From assembly GCA_963824495.1 (NCBI GenBank), contig CAWGPQ010000011.1:32001-96000 (forward strand): a stretch of 64,000 nucleotides of DNA, given 5' to 3'. A model generated the notes under the pieces. It ran no database searches. It was not told where the DNA came from and was given only the letters and a program-made list of their open reading frames with translations. Of the stretch, positions 21,155-31,948 are shown piece by piece. The DNA comes from an uncultured bacterium. GTDB lineage: Bacteria; Babelota; Babeliae; Babelales; Babelaceae. The position numbers were made by a program, and so were the translations under genes. Within the stretch, counting starts at the first letter, position 1. Every line of letters begins with the position of its first letter.

Positions 21155-21985
21155 ATGGATACTATTCGTGTTTTACTCTTGGGTGATATTGTTGGGATTC
21201 CCGGTCGGGCTATGCTTCAAAAGCATTTAGCCTCTCTTAAGCAGAAGCACGCTATCGATGCTGTTATTGTTAACGGTGAGAATAGTGCTGGAGATGGTCG
21301 AGGTATTACGCCCCGTATCATGAAGTTTTTTAAGCATAACGGTGTTAATATTGTCACAAGTGGCAATCATATTTGGCAAAAAAAAGATATCTATCCGTAT
21401 CTTTCTGAGCATCGCGACTTGCTGCGTCCTGCTAATTTTCCGAGTGCCTGTCCCGGGGTAGGGTTTACAACGTTTATGGTTCGTAATATCTCGATTGGCG
21501 TTATTAACTTACAGGGGCGTGTCTTTATGCGCGAGCTTGTTGCATGCCCTTTTAGAACTGCTGAAACAGCGATTACCCTTTTAAAGCCCAAGACTTCACT
21601 TATTCTTGTTGATATGCATGCTGAAACATCAGCTGAAAAAATGGGAGTTGCTTATTTTCTTGATGGCCAAGTAAGCGCCGTTGTTGGCACACACACGCAT
21701 GTTCAGACTGCCGATAACCATATATTGCCGAATGGTACAGCCTATGTTACCGATCTTGGTATGGCAGGAGCAGTAAACTCTCTTATTGGCATGAAGAAAG
21801 AGCCCTTAATTCAAAACATGCTTACGCAAATGCCAGTTAAGTTTGTTGTTGAAACACAAGGTCCCATGATGCTATCGGGGGTTTGGGTTGATATTGACGT
21901 TATAAGTGGCAAAGCTCGTGCCATCGAACGTATTCGTATTATTGATGATCAATTACGATTTGATAGTCACGATATGGGTGATTAA
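21155..21985 (+). CDS. ymdB: YmdB-family metallophosphoesterase
   Basis: GDIVG.PGR, NGEN, TSGNH, DMHAETSAEK, GTHTHVQTAD; directly after rny. Confidence 0.93.
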   Translation: MDTIRVLLLGDIVGIPGRAMLQKHLASLKQKHAIDAVIVNGENSAGDGRGITPRIMKFFKHNGVNIVTSGNHIWQKKDIYPYLSEHRDLLRPANFPSACPGVGFTTFMVRNISIGVINLQGRVFMRELVACPFRTAETAITLLKPKTSLILVDMHAETSAEKMGVAYFLDGQVSAVVGTHTHVQTADNHILPNGTAYVTDLGMAGAVNSLIGMKKEPLIQNMLTQMPVKFVVETQGPMMLSGVWVDIDVISGKARAIERIRIIDDQLRFDSHDMGD

Positions 21986-22075
21986 TCTTTCAGTTTGCCC
22001 AATTGCTCTTTAGACTTTATGCTTGATATTGACAAATAAAGTTAAATTAAAGTAATCTAATAATCAAGACCAGAT

Positions 22076-23194
22076 TTGATTAAGTATAATTTTAACTATG
22101 GACAAGATGTGAACTATAAAAAACCATTGAGCATAATTTTTACTGCATTCTTTACGGTTGTTACCGTAGTCGGGCAACCAAGCAATAGGGAAAGACAAGA
22201 GGAATGGAGAAAGAATGAGGAAAAAATCTGGTATCAGTTAGGTATTACTAACCCTTTAAAGCAGCAGGAAAGCTTACTTGATCGTATCACTGTTGGCTTT
22301 GGTAGTCCTGAATATTGGTTCGGGACAGTTAGCGCATACAATTACTTGAGAGACCTGCGTGTCAACGATCCTACTACCCCTCCAGCTCCAGCAACATCAC
22401 TCGATACTATCGATACAGATTGGGTTAACAAAGTTAGTCGTGAAGTTAGATACAAGCTGGAAATAGCAAGATGGCAAGAGCAGAAGCAAGAAGATTGGCG
22501 TAAAGAAGGTATTACTACTTCTTTACAACAGCAGGAATATTTGCTTTCTTACATTAATTACGGCCTTAGTAAGCCTGAGGTTTTTTCAACTTACGCTACT
22601 AATGCCTACAATGACTTAAGGGAAATACTTAAAGGAGATCCTAATACTCCTAAAAAGCCAGCCACATCACTTGATACTATTGATAAAAATTGGGTTAATA
22701 AACTTAACTATGAGGTATGGAAAGAGCAAAAGCAAGAAAAATGGCGTAAAGAGGGTATCACTAACCCTTTAGAACAACAAGACGATTTACTATTTAAAAT
22801 AAATTATGGCTTAAAAAATCCTAAAGATACCTATTATTTTACTGAAGCTGTTTACGCATACAATTACTTGAGGGAGCTGCATAGCAACGACGCAACAGTG
22901 CCCCAAGCCGCTACATCGCTAAGTGATATTAATAAAACTTGGCTTGAATCTATTAAGTCGGGTTTGCGTGTGCAACCTACGGTAGAGCTCAAATTACCGA
23001 AAGCTCAGATCAGCCTAAGGCTTTACGCATTAGCACTTAAGAATGCATCACCAGCTGATATTCAAAAACATGATCAACTTAAAGCTCTTTATAACCAGCT
23101 CCCTACAACTACGGCCACACAGCAGAAGATAAAAAAGATGGCACGAGAGAAGTTTAAAGAAAAATTTAATGTTCATCCCAATCACCATAACTAG
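22076..23194 (+). CDS. Secreted protein with three ~80-aa tandem repeats, unknown function
   Basis: Repeat unit WRKEGITNPL.QQ..LL..I.YGL..P...AYNYLR.L..ND...P..ATSLDTID..WVNK; own TTGACA at ~22029. Confidence 0.75.
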   Translation: MIKYNFNYGQDVNYKKPLSIIFTAFFTVVTVVGQPSNRERQEEWRKNEEKIWYQLGITNPLKQQESLLDRITVGFGSPEYWFGTVSAYNYLRDLRVNDPTTPPAPATSLDTIDTDWVNKVSREVRYKLEIARWQEQKQEDWRKEGITTSLQQQEYLLSYINYGLSKPEVFSTYATNAYNDLREILKGDPNTPKKPATSLDTIDKNWVNKLNYEVWKEQKQEKWRKEGITNPLEQQDDLLFKINYGLKNPKDTYYFTEAVYAYNYLRELHSNDATVPQAATSLSDINKTWLESIKSGLRVQPTVELKLPKAQISLRLYALALKNASPADIQKHDQLKALYNQLPTTTATQQKIKKMAREKFKEKFNVHPNHHN

Positions 23195-23195
23195 C

Positions 23196-23286
23196 GATGT
23201 TCTCGGGCGTCGGTTGATATTGGCATTATACGTGACAAAGCCCGTGCCATCGGGCGTATTCTTAGTCACGATATGGGTGATTGATC
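23196..23286 (+). repeat. Degenerate direct duplicate of the ymdB 3' end (21868..21987)
   Basis: GGTTGATATTG...CAAAGC.CGTGCCATCG..CGTATTC...TAGTCACGATATGGGTGATT in both copies; this copy lacks ~27 nt internally. Confidence 0.85.
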
Positions 23287-23288
23287 CA

Positions 23289-24541
23289 TTATTCTGTCAA
23301 CAATGAGGCAAGCGCTGCATCCTGTCGAGAAATTGCTATTGTCAAGGCAGTATTATTATACCTAGCAGTATGGGTAACATCGGCTTTGTTTTCTATCAAA
23401 AACTTTGCCATAGCTTTATCGCCATTTTTAGCTGCCCATATGAGAGGCGTATAGCCATCACTATCGGCACAATTAACATCAGCCCCATGCGCCACCAAGA
23501 GTTTTGCTACATCTTCATTGCCACGTACAGCAGCCCACATAAGCGGAGTGTAGCCGCTATCGGTAGCTTGGTTGACGTTGGCACCAGACTCTACCAAAAG
23601 CTTTACCATAGCCTCATGACCACTTTCAGCTGCAAGCATAAGGGGATTGAGGCCATCTTGTCTAGCATAATCGAGAGCAGCTTTATACTTTATCAGAAGT
23701 CTTGCTACAGCTTTATGGCAATTTTTAGCCGCTGCCGCAAGAGGGTCATGCCATCATTATCTCTATAATTAACACGAGCGTGATGTTTAAGTAAAAAATC
23801 AACCATTTCGTCCTTTCCTTGGCTAGCAGCTTGTAATAAACTTTTATCAAGATTACGTACAAGATTGCCGCGAGCATCACGAACTGTCCATTCTGCTCCA
23901 TGCTCAAGCAGTAGTCCTATACTGTCTTCAGCACCGCGAGCTACAGCCCAGTCAAGTGCCGTCATATCAAAGCTATCTCGCTCATTGACAATAGAAGAAG
24001 GCACAGAATAATAGGCATCACTCTTTGAGGTTGAAAGAGCAGATTGTAATACCTGATAAACCTCTTTGCTGTCTCCAAATACTAATGCTAGAGAAAGCGG
24101 TGACATCACATGTTTTTCTGCAAATAACGTTTTTATTTCTACTATCTTCTCAGGAGATGGGGTTGCACCATGACGCAAAAGCAGTGCACATAAATCTGCA
24201 TGACCCTTTTCAGCTACTTTTACTGCCTCTGTAAAGGCAGTAGTGCCATAATTATTGCTAAGATTAACGTCAGCTCCATGTTCTATTAAAAACTTTGCCA
24301 TGAGTTCGTCGCCATTTCTAGCTGACTCTATAAGAGCAGTCCAGCCAAGAAAACCAACACAACCATTGACATCGGCACCTTGGCCAAGCAGAGATTCAGC
24401 TACCGGTAGATCCGTTCTGCCTACTGCTTTTAGGAACTCTGCATTAAGTTCAGGGTGTTCTACAGCATTAAGCAGTATCGTGTTACTTAGATATATCACG
24501 ATGCCTATACTCATCACGATACCGTCATATGCTCTCTTCAT
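23289..24541 (-). pseudogene. Secreted ankyrin-repeat gene split by a 1-nt frameshift (or a sequencing error)
   Basis: Adding one C to the CCC run at ~23743-23745 restores GMTPLAAAAKNCHKAVARLL...GLNPLMLAAESG, joining ORFs 23705..24541 and 23289..23639. Confidence 0.8.
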
Positions 24542-24641
24542 TCTTGGCTCCTTTTAAGCTATAAAATCGTGAGTGGAATATACTATATGCAAATTATCTG
24601 TATTACAAGTGCCTTCTAATATAGCTTAAGTCAGCCATACT

Positions 24642-25592
24642 TTACAGTACTCGATAGTGTGACATCGCATGTAATGCTACATATGCTCCTAATGCATAAC
24701 TAAGAAACTTAGGCAGATCATTGGGTAGATCTTTACCAAAAATTTCATCAGTGAAAAGATATGCCATAAGATTAGAGCCAAATAGAGCCCCAGCATAAAA
24801 ACCCTTGGATGTATTAGATCTCAGAGAAGATAAAAGACTAAGCTTTACTGCGATAGTCATGCATAGCTGAACTGCAGCAGTACAACCAGTGGTTGTACTG
24901 AGGCCACGAGCAAACTGCCAAAGTCTTGTATACCGTATACTTGACTGCAGCTCTTTCTGTAAAGCAGCAGCATTACCAGCGCTATAGTTTTTTTGATGGG
25001 CTATTAGAAACGCTTCATATTCTTCAGCGAGCTTCTTAAAAACTTTTTGCGTTTCTGCACTACGTCCGGGATTACTCAGAAAGTATTCAAGTTTTAGTAG
25101 TGTTTCTAATCTACCCAACATCGCAGCATTAAATTCTTGAAGTCTTGTGGTTAAGAGTTCAACTTGTTGAGTTTCAAGTTCCCCTATAACTTTCTTTAAT
25201 CCCAAAATTTCATAAGTTGTGCTTACTTGATCTTCGTTAAATTGCTTTAAAAGTTCAAACGATTGCGATAGAGGATTCAAGCTTTTAGTAGATGAACTTT
25301 GTATCTCAGGCATACTTTCTGCTTTATGTATAACTTCATTAATAAGCACGCGTATTTTTTCGTTGTTTGAGTCGCGTGTAGCAATATGTTGTTCAAGTGT
25401 ACGAGCAATCTCGGTAATACCAGACCACCAGTCATGATCCAACTGCTTAAGTGCTTGGAGTGCCTCTACTAGTCCGGGAGAATTAAACAAATGGAGCTCT
25501 TTGTTCAAGCCGAGTATAACGGTAACGCTTTTGACGTTACTTACTGCTACTACATTACAGATTATAAGAAAGAGCATTAACATTCTTTTCAT
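24642..25592 (-). CDS. Secreted/membrane coiled-coil protein with C-terminal hydrophobic segments
   Basis: Signal peptide, helical body, 2-3 C-terminal hydrophobic stretches. Confidence 0.6.
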   Translation of the reverse strand: MKRMLMLFLIICNVVAVSNVKSVTVILGLNKELHLFNSPGLVEALQALKQLDHDWWSGITEIARTLEQHIATRDSNNEKIRVLINEVIHKAESMPEIQSSSTKSLNPLSQSFELLKQFNEDQVSTTYEILGLKKVIGELETQQVELLTTRLQEFNAAMLGRLETLLKLEYFLSNPGRSAETQKVFKKLAEEYEAFLIAHQKNYSAGNAAALQKELQSSIRYTRLWQFARGLSTTTGCTAAVQLCMTIAVKLSLLSSLRSNTSKGFYAGALFGSNLMAYLFTDEIFGKDLPNDLPKFLSYALGAYVALHAMSHYRVL

Positions 25593-26617
25593 GCGACAGA
25601 CCCCAATAGATTCTCAAAAAAGCGTAAATCCTCCAGGATTGCATCCATGTCACCCCTTGCCGCATGATGGGTCATTCTTGAGGTCAATACAAGATTGAAT
25701 GCTACCCCTCCCGCATACCCAAGGCTTGATGTAAGAGTAACTTTACCGGGAAGTACCTGAGATAAGCAATACCCTATAATGCTAGAACTGACTGTAGCGC
25801 CCAAATAAGAGCCCCAAAACCAATCAAAGTCTCTTTGTGACGCGAGGCCAAGTTTTATGCTGAACGCCATAATAATTGGTAATAATTGAGCCATTAATAC
25901 CGTAATACAGGCAACACAACCCTGTCTAAGAACTCGTTTGCTCTGAACTACCTGCTTAAAACTATTGCTTATTCGATCGGTATTACTTGTATAGATAGTC
26001 GATAAGAAAAGCTCAGATCTTTGGTCTAATGCTTTAAATATAGAGTCAACCTCTTTTAATCCTTCAAGTTCAGAAAGAGCGTTTCGTCTACAAAGTACGT
26101 CTTCCTTAAGTGCTTTATAAGCTTTAATGCTCTTTGAATAAGCTTGCTGTACTGTGTCATCTATTAAGCTGCTTAATACAAGAACCTTAGATAATTTGCT
26201 TACCAAAGATTGATGAGCGTCTTTGACGTCCTCAGGTGCTGATGTTAGCTTGCCTAAGGCAATTCTATTGAGTTTGCCATTATCTACGAGCAAAGGTCTT
26301 TCTCCATAATCTTCGTAGAGCTCAGCCTGCTTAGATCCAATCTCCTTAATTAAGCTTTCTGCTTCACTGATATTGATGGTAAGCGTTTCTGCCAAAAGGT
26401 CATCTTCAAGCTGCTGTTTAATGGCTGCAAGGCCATCGCACCATGTAGAGACCAGTTTTTTGAGCGCTTGCTTAAGCTCTGTTGCTGTTGCTTTTGGTGA
26501 ACTTGGTAAGATGAGCATCTCAATAAGGTTAATGTGCGTGGTGGTTATTGTAGAGGGGTCATCAGCTAAAAGTATATTACAGGTAGCAAGAATGACCCAA
26601 AAAATCCTTATCAGCAC
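25589..26617 (-). CDS. Secreted/membrane coiled-coil protein; probable paralog of 24642..25592
   Basis: Same architecture; QALKKLVSTWCDGLAAI resembles QALKQLDHDWWSGITEI; 4-nt overlap between the genes. Confidence 0.6.
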   Translation of the reverse strand: MLIRIFWVILATCNILLADDPSTITTTHINLIEMLILPSSPKATATELKQALKKLVSTWCDGLAAIKQQLEDDLLAETLTINISEAESLIKEIGSKQAELYEDYGERPLLVDNGKLNRIALGKLTSAPEDVKDAHQSLVSKLSKVLVLSSLIDDTVQQAYSKSIKAYKALKEDVLCRRNALSELEGLKEVDSIFKALDQRSELFLSTIYTSNTDRISNSFKQVVQSKRVLRQGCVACITVLMAQLLPIIMAFSIKLGLASQRDFDWFWGSYLGATVSSSIIGYCLSQVLPGKVTLTSSLGYAGGVAFNLVLTSRMTHHAARGDMDAILEDLRFFENLLGSVA

Positions 26618-26751
26618 TTTTGCCTCAAAAAGTAAAGTATATACGTAGTTGAGTGATTATGTATAGCACATAATGGTCATAAAGTAAACTCACTGTTTAT
26701 AGGCAAGAGCTATATATATGCTATACTATACATTATTAGTGAGATTAAACT

Positions 26752-28650
26752 ATGATACAGCTTAAAAATATATCATTATCGTATGGTGATCAGGATATCT
26801 TCAAAGATATTTCGTGTATCTTTAACGAGCAGCAGCATATTGGTGTTGTTGGGAGAAATGGTGCTGGTAAGTCAACATTGCTTAAGGCGATAGCAGGAGC
26901 TATTAATCTTGATGAGGGCAGTATTGCCCTTGAGCGTGGTAAAAAGATTGCTTTTATGCCGCAAGAGATTGTCTTGCTATCAGAACAATCAGTGTTTGAT
27001 GAAGCCTACTCGGCTTTTGCCGGTGTTATTGATGTAGAAAAAGAAAAAGATCAACTTGAGCAACTTTTATTGGCTGAACAACATGAGGCCGTCCCTCTCG
27101 ATGATGTAGTAGAACGATATGCTCTTGTGCAGGAACAACTTGCTCAACATGATACTATCGCCTATAAGAATCAGACTGAAAAAATACTTAAGGGCTTAGG
27201 CTTTACGCATGAGTCTTTTTCAAAAAAAGTTTCAGAGCTGAGTGTCGGCTGGAAAATGCGTATAGTGCTTGCTAAGTTGCTCTTATTGAGAGCTGACTTT
27301 TATCTCTTCGACGAGCCGACCAACCACCTTGATATTGTAAGCAAAGAATGGTTTTTTGACTTCTTAAAGAATACACGAGCCGGTTTCTTACTGGTAACTC
27401 ATGATCGTTATTATCTTGAACAAGCATGTGATTATATCTTTGCGCTTGAACGAGGCATTGGTAGACTCTATGTAGGCAATTTTGGTGCTTATATAGCATG
27501 CAAAGAGCATGAAGCAGCTGCACGACAAGCAGCATATGTACAGCAACAAAAAGAAATAAGCCGTAAGCAAGCAACAATTGAGCGGTTTCGGGCGTCAGCA
27601 ACAAAAGCACGCATGGCTCAATCTATGATTAAGCAATTGGACAAAATTGAGCTGATAGAGCCAGAACCAACTTTCCCATCGGCCACATTTAAATTTCCAG
27701 CCTCACCACGAGCTTGCTCAGTTGTTTTGAATTTTAACGATCTTGCTTGTAGTTTTAATGGCAGACGTGTCTTTGAAAAGATCTCTGGACGGATACAGAG
27801 AGAAGAGAAAGTAGCCCTTGTTGCTCCCAATGGCATGGGAAAGACTACCCTATTTAAACTTCTTGCTGGTAAATATCCGCTTACACATGGCTCTGTGCTA
27901 TTTGGCCATACTGTTTCATATGCTATTTTTGAGCAAGATCAAGTGGCTGCACTCAGTATGACCAATACCGTGCTTGAAGAAGTAGTCGGTGCGTGTCCTC
28001 AAGTTGACCAGATAACCATGCGTAAATTTTTAGGCTCTTTTCTATTCTCTGGCGATGATGTACATAAAAAAATTGAGGTGCTCAGTGGAGGTGAGCGAGG
28101 GAGAGTTGCACTTGTTAAATTATTGCTCCAGAAAGCTAATTTTCTCTTGCTTGATGAGCCAACGAATCACTTAGATATTTATGCTAAAGAGGTTTTGCTT
28201 CAAGCACTCCAACAGTATGACGGGACCCTTATGATCGTTTCGCATGATCACGATTTTATTCAAAGACTAGCAACTCGTATTGTAGAATTAACACCAACGG
28301 CACTTTATAGCTATCCAGGAACTTATGAATCATATCTCGCTCAAAAAAAGCATAGTGAAGATATACAGGCACATACAACTCAAGCTGCGCAGGCATCTAC
28401 TCAAGCTCCATCGAGCTCTCGCATCGACCACAAAGAGTCACAAGCACTCCGTAAAGAACTCACGTCGCTTGAAAAAAAAATAACTCGTCTCGAAAAAAAA
28501 ATTCAGGAAATCCATGAGCTTTTCACGCACTGTGCTTACGGTACGCCAGCATATACTGACGCTGTTACGCAACTCAGCGCTACGCAAAAAGACCTTGATA
28601 CTGCCTTAGAGCAGTGGGAAGCACTTGAGCGTGCTCGAAAATATTCTTGA
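26752..28650 (+). CDS. ABC-F family ATPase
   Basis: Two ABC domains (GRNGAGKST, LSVGWKMR, DEPTNHLD; PNGMGKTT, LSGGERGR, DEPTNHLD), no TM segments, C-terminal coiled coil. Confidence 0.95.
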   Translation: MIQLKNISLSYGDQDIFKDISCIFNEQQHIGVVGRNGAGKSTLLKAIAGAINLDEGSIALERGKKIAFMPQEIVLLSEQSVFDEAYSAFAGVIDVEKEKDQLEQLLLAEQHEAVPLDDVVERYALVQEQLAQHDTIAYKNQTEKILKGLGFTHESFSKKVSELSVGWKMRIVLAKLLLLRADFYLFDEPTNHLDIVSKEWFFDFLKNTRAGFLLVTHDRYYLEQACDYIFALERGIGRLYVGNFGAYIACKEHEAAARQAAYVQQQKEISRKQATIERFRASATKARMAQSMIKQLDKIELIEPEPTFPSATFKFPASPRACSVVLNFNDLACSFNGRRVFEKISGRIQREEKVALVAPNGMGKTTLFKLLAGKYPLTHGSVLFGHTVSYAIFEQDQVAALSMTNTVLEEVVGACPQVDQITMRKFLGSFLFSGDDVHKKIEVLSGGERGRVALVKLLLQKANFLLLDEPTNHLDIYAKEVLLQALQQYDGTLMIVSHDHDFIQRLATRIVELTPTALYSYPGTYESYLAQKKHSEDIQAHTTQAAQASTQAPSSSRIDHKESQALRKELTSLEKKITRLEKKIQEIHELFTHCAYGTPAYTDAVTQLSATQKDLDTALEQWEALERARKYS

Positions 28651-28655
28651 TATAG

Positions 28656-29696
28656 TTGCTTGTACATAAAAAAACTGTTGTTTATTTGTCCAATATTCGT
28701 ATAATGATTATCAATGACACCAAGAAATTACAGAACTGTTTTGGTGTAGTCATGAGGGATATAGAAGGGATACAGGTATTAATGCTATTTCTTATTCTGC
28801 TTGTTAATGCCCTTTTTTCTGTAATATTTCCCTTAGGAAAAATTACGTTACAATATTGTCCTCCGTTCTTTATTATTGGCCTACGTATGTTACTTGGTGG
28901 AGCTCTATTGCTCTGCTATCAATATAGTTTTAGGCGCTCCCATTTTTATGTTCCAAAGCGCTATTGGTGGTCAATATTTCTGCTATCTCTTTTTAATATT
29001 TACCTACAAAATGCCTATGAATTCTGGGGCTTACAGTATATGTCATCAGCTAAGACAGCGTTTATTTATAATCTTGCGCCATTTTTTTCTGCTTTTTTTG
29101 CGTATCTTCATTTTGACGAACGAATGACCGTTAAAAAATGGAGTGGGCTTATTATAAGCTTTTTGGGTTTTATACCGATTATACTTTCAGGATCGGCAGA
29201 AGAAAAAGCTCTTAAGCACTATCTTTTTCTATCATCTGCTGAATGGGCACTGGTTGTTGCTACTATTGCTATGGTCTACGGTTGGATTATCATGCAAGAA
29301 GTTGTACGAAAAAGACACTATGATCCTATTATGGGTAATGGCTTAAGCATGGTCGGTGGGGGGATCATGTCTGTCATACACTCCTGGTTTGTTGAGCAGC
29401 CATGTCATATGCCAATGAGTAGCTGGGTTACTTTTTTAGGGTGGATAGTGCTTATTGTCGTAATATCAAATATCATTTGTTACACGTTATATGCTGAATT
29501 GCTTAAAAAGTATACGGCAACATTTTTAGCATTTACTGGATTAACGGGGCCGCTCTTTGCCGCATTCTATGATTGGATTCTTTTTGGTATTAGCGTCTCT
29601 CGGAATTTTTATGTAGCAACAGCACTGATAACGTTTGGATTATATCTTTTTTACAAGGAGGAGCTTAGGCAGGGACCTATACTTAAAAATCCATAA
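28656..29696 (+). CDS. EamA/DMT family transporter (true start probably further downstream)
   Basis: About 10 TMs; PPFFIIGLR, GLQYMSSAKTAFI, ERMT.KKW.G. Confidence 0.88.
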   Translation: MLVHKKTVVYLSNIRIMIINDTKKLQNCFGVVMRDIEGIQVLMLFLILLVNALFSVIFPLGKITLQYCPPFFIIGLRMLLGGALLLCYQYSFRRSHFYVPKRYWWSIFLLSLFNIYLQNAYEFWGLQYMSSAKTAFIYNLAPFFSAFFAYLHFDERMTVKKWSGLIISFLGFIPIILSGSAEEKALKHYLFLSSAEWALVVATIAMVYGWIIMQEVVRKRHYDPIMGNGLSMVGGGIMSVIHSWFVEQPCHMPMSSWVTFLGWIVLIVVISNIICYTLYAELLKKYTATFLAFTGLTGPLFAAFYDWILFGISVSRNFYVATALITFGLYLFYKEELRQGPILKNP

Positions 29697-29803
29697 TATA
29701 TATTTTTCTACTAATTACTAGGTAGTTGACAAGATTTTGCTTTCTGCTACTTTTTTAAACGTAGGGTTAGTTATAGACAACCACACAACTATAAGGAAAT
29801 GCT

Positions 29804-30652
29804 ATGAAGAGGATAGCTTTATTTGCGCTGAGTGCATTAATGGCAACATCAGCACTACAAGTTTCAGCATTACAAATTGCTGCAACTAACATTAACCCAC
29901 TTTTGCCATTCCGCGGGGCATATTGGAATCCAAATCAAAACCTAGAGGGTCGACGTCTTAAGAAGCAATTTGCGCGCCTTATTGATGAGGGCAAATTTAC
30001 TGACGCTTACGATCTACTCAAAGATCGCAAGTACAATGTTTTTGCAGCATCGGACTATGAAAAATTCAAGCGCGACTTGATATTAGAATTGGATTCTCTT
30101 GAGAATTCTATCTCTAATGTGAATAATGATTCTTGGTCCTATAAAATGCGCAACATTTCGTTTAGTGGTGCAGGAGTTGCAGCCCTTACTGCACTTTACC
30201 AAGCCTATCAAATAAAGAAGCTCATGAATACGCAGAAAAAGGTTTCAGCGGCAGATCTGAAAGATATGCATGCCCTAGGCTTGAACCCAGCTATCTTTAA
30301 TTTGCACACACTCAAGGCGCTTGGAGCTTTGTGGACTGCAGCAAATCTCGTTGATTATGGATGGGCCGGCTCATCACAAACAAGTGACTTAGAGAAAGAA
30401 AAGGTAACAATCCAGAAGTTGGTAGATCTATTAGATTTACGCCTTGCTCGATGGAATGTTGCTCCAAAGACAGCTAAAGTGGAACCTGTGCTGACAACTT
30501 CAGCTATCCCTACAGAATCAACTACTACTGTAAATGTAGCTGTAGAGACTAATGAAGAAGAAGGCGATATATATCAAGAAGAAGAAGAAGATGATGATGA
30601 TGATATTGTTGCCCCACAGGCACCATTTATTATACTGCCAATCAAGGCTTAA
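29804..30652 (+). CDS. Secreted hypothetical protein with acidic tail
   Basis: Signal peptide MKRIALFALSALMATSA, AAGGA RBS, poly-E/D near the C-terminus. Confidence 0.7.
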   Translation: MKRIALFALSALMATSALQVSALQIAATNINPLLPFRGAYWNPNQNLEGRRLKKQFARLIDEGKFTDAYDLLKDRKYNVFAASDYEKFKRDLILELDSLENSISNVNNDSWSYKMRNISFSGAGVAALTALYQAYQIKKLMNTQKKVSAADLKDMHALGLNPAIFNLHTLKALGALWTAANLVDYGWAGSSQTSDLEKEKVTIQKLVDLLDLRLARWNVAPKTAKVEPVLTTSAIPTESTTTVNVAVETNEEEGDIYQEEEEDDDDDIVAPQAPFIILPIKA

Positions 30653-30686
30653 GTATTCTTGATACTTTTGCTCATAAGTAATTATA

Positions 30687-30715
30687 TACCCCCATGACAT
30701 AAGTCATGGGGGTAT
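30687..30715 (+). terminator. Intrinsic terminator
   Basis: TACCCCCATGAC-ATAA-GTCATGGGGGTA followed by TTTT. Confidence 0.85.
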
Positions 30716-30854
30716 TTTGTATCTTTACGAGTAAATTTTTCTATTTTAAATTATATTATTTTTACGAAATAGTTCTTGATATTTTTTAAACATTAAGTAT
30801 ATTTAAAAGAGTAAAACATCATACTCTACAATTTTTTACATAAAGGATTTACTT

Positions 30855-31514
30855 ATGATACAAACAAGCAAAATGCTTACGGTAGCATTACTCTGTGGTA
30901 GCTTGGCATGTCCAGCTTTGACCCAAGCGTGTCAGGGTGGGAGCAGGCATCGTGAGCAAGAACGCTCAATAGCATCTGCTTCACATTGTGCTTCAGGTTG
31001 TGGTAAAGCACGACGAAGCAGTACGCCAGAAGCGACCTCCCAAGAGAGTGATCAGGATGAGAAATGTCAAGGGTTTTGGGACAAAGTTAATCCTGTAAAG
31101 TGGTTTGGTTCTGATGAAGAAGAAGGCGCCAGTGAACACCATAAACGATGCAATAAGGCTCGCCGACGCTGCCATCGTGACATGAAACGCTGCCAGGGGA
31201 CTCGTGCTGCCACCCCGACATCAACAAGATACGCAACAAGATCTGGTAAAAAAACTACCGCTGTTGTAGAAAACGTACTTGAAGCTGATGGACAAGGGGA
31301 AGTTGTACAGCCTATCGGCAGTGATCAAGCAGCAAAAATCAGCACCATTATGCAAGCTGCTGAAAAACATACGCAGCTTAAGCAACAAGCACAAGATGCT
31401 GCTGAACCTCAAGAAACTGCTTCAAACACACGTAGCTCCGTACGCCGCTCTACACGCAGCTCTGCCAAAAAAGGCAAAAAAGACTGCCATTGGGAATGTC
31501 GTTGCGTGTGCTAA
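30855..31514 (+). CDS. Secreted low-complexity Cys/Arg-rich hypothetical protein
   Basis: Signal peptide, AAAGGA RBS, basic tracts, C-terminal CHWECRCVC. Confidence 0.65.
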   Translation: MIQTSKMLTVALLCGSLACPALTQACQGGSRHREQERSIASASHCASGCGKARRSSTPEATSQESDQDEKCQGFWDKVNPVKWFGSDEEEGASEHHKRCNKARRRCHRDMKRCQGTRAATPTSTRYATRSGKKTTAVVENVLEADGQGEVVQPIGSDQAAKISTIMQAAEKHTQLKQQAQDAAEPQETASNTRSSVRRSTRSSAKKGKKDCHWECRCVC

Positions 31515-31540
31515 ACAAGTATAAGCAATTATGATACTAC

Positions 31541-31573
31541 TACCGGTTGGGGCTATGCCCCCCCGGTATTTTT
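31541..31573 (+). terminator. Probable terminator hairpin between convergent genes
   Basis: TACCGG..GGGGC-TAT-GCCCC..CCGGTA followed by TTTTT. Confidence 0.6.
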
Positions 31574-31591
31574 GTTTTCTAAGATTTAGGG

Positions 31592-31939
31592 TTAGTGAAA
31601 TTTACGCCGCTCTTCTGGGGAGAGTTGTTCAAGTTCTTTATTGAGAAAATAGCTTAAAAATATTCGAATAACTACTAATCCTCCAAGAATTCCTAAATCA
31701 TAATAATCCGGTCTAACTATCGACTCCACGGCATCAGCTGCAACAATAAACTCAAGGCCTAAAATAATACCATAGCCTAATTGCAATCTTATCTGATTAA
31801 TAGTAAGAGCATTCTCTTTGCGATAGAAATAAGCAAGAATAACATGTGCTATTGCAACTAAAGCGCTGATAAGGATAACAAGTATGCCTGCAAAGGCGAT
31901 AGCCATGCGGATTAAGCTGATGGGCACTAACGTAGGCAT
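31592..31939 (-). CDS. DUF1622-type small membrane protein
   Basis: RLQLGYGIILGLEFIVAAD...LGGLVVIRIFLSYFL.KE motif. Confidence 0.85.
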   Translation of the reverse strand: MPTLVPISLIRMAIAFAGILVILISALVAIAHVILAYFYRKENALTINQIRLQLGYGIILGLEFIVAADAVESIVRPDYYDLGILGGLVVIRIFLSYFLNKELEQLSPEERRKFH

Positions 31940-31948
31940 AGAAGAGTC

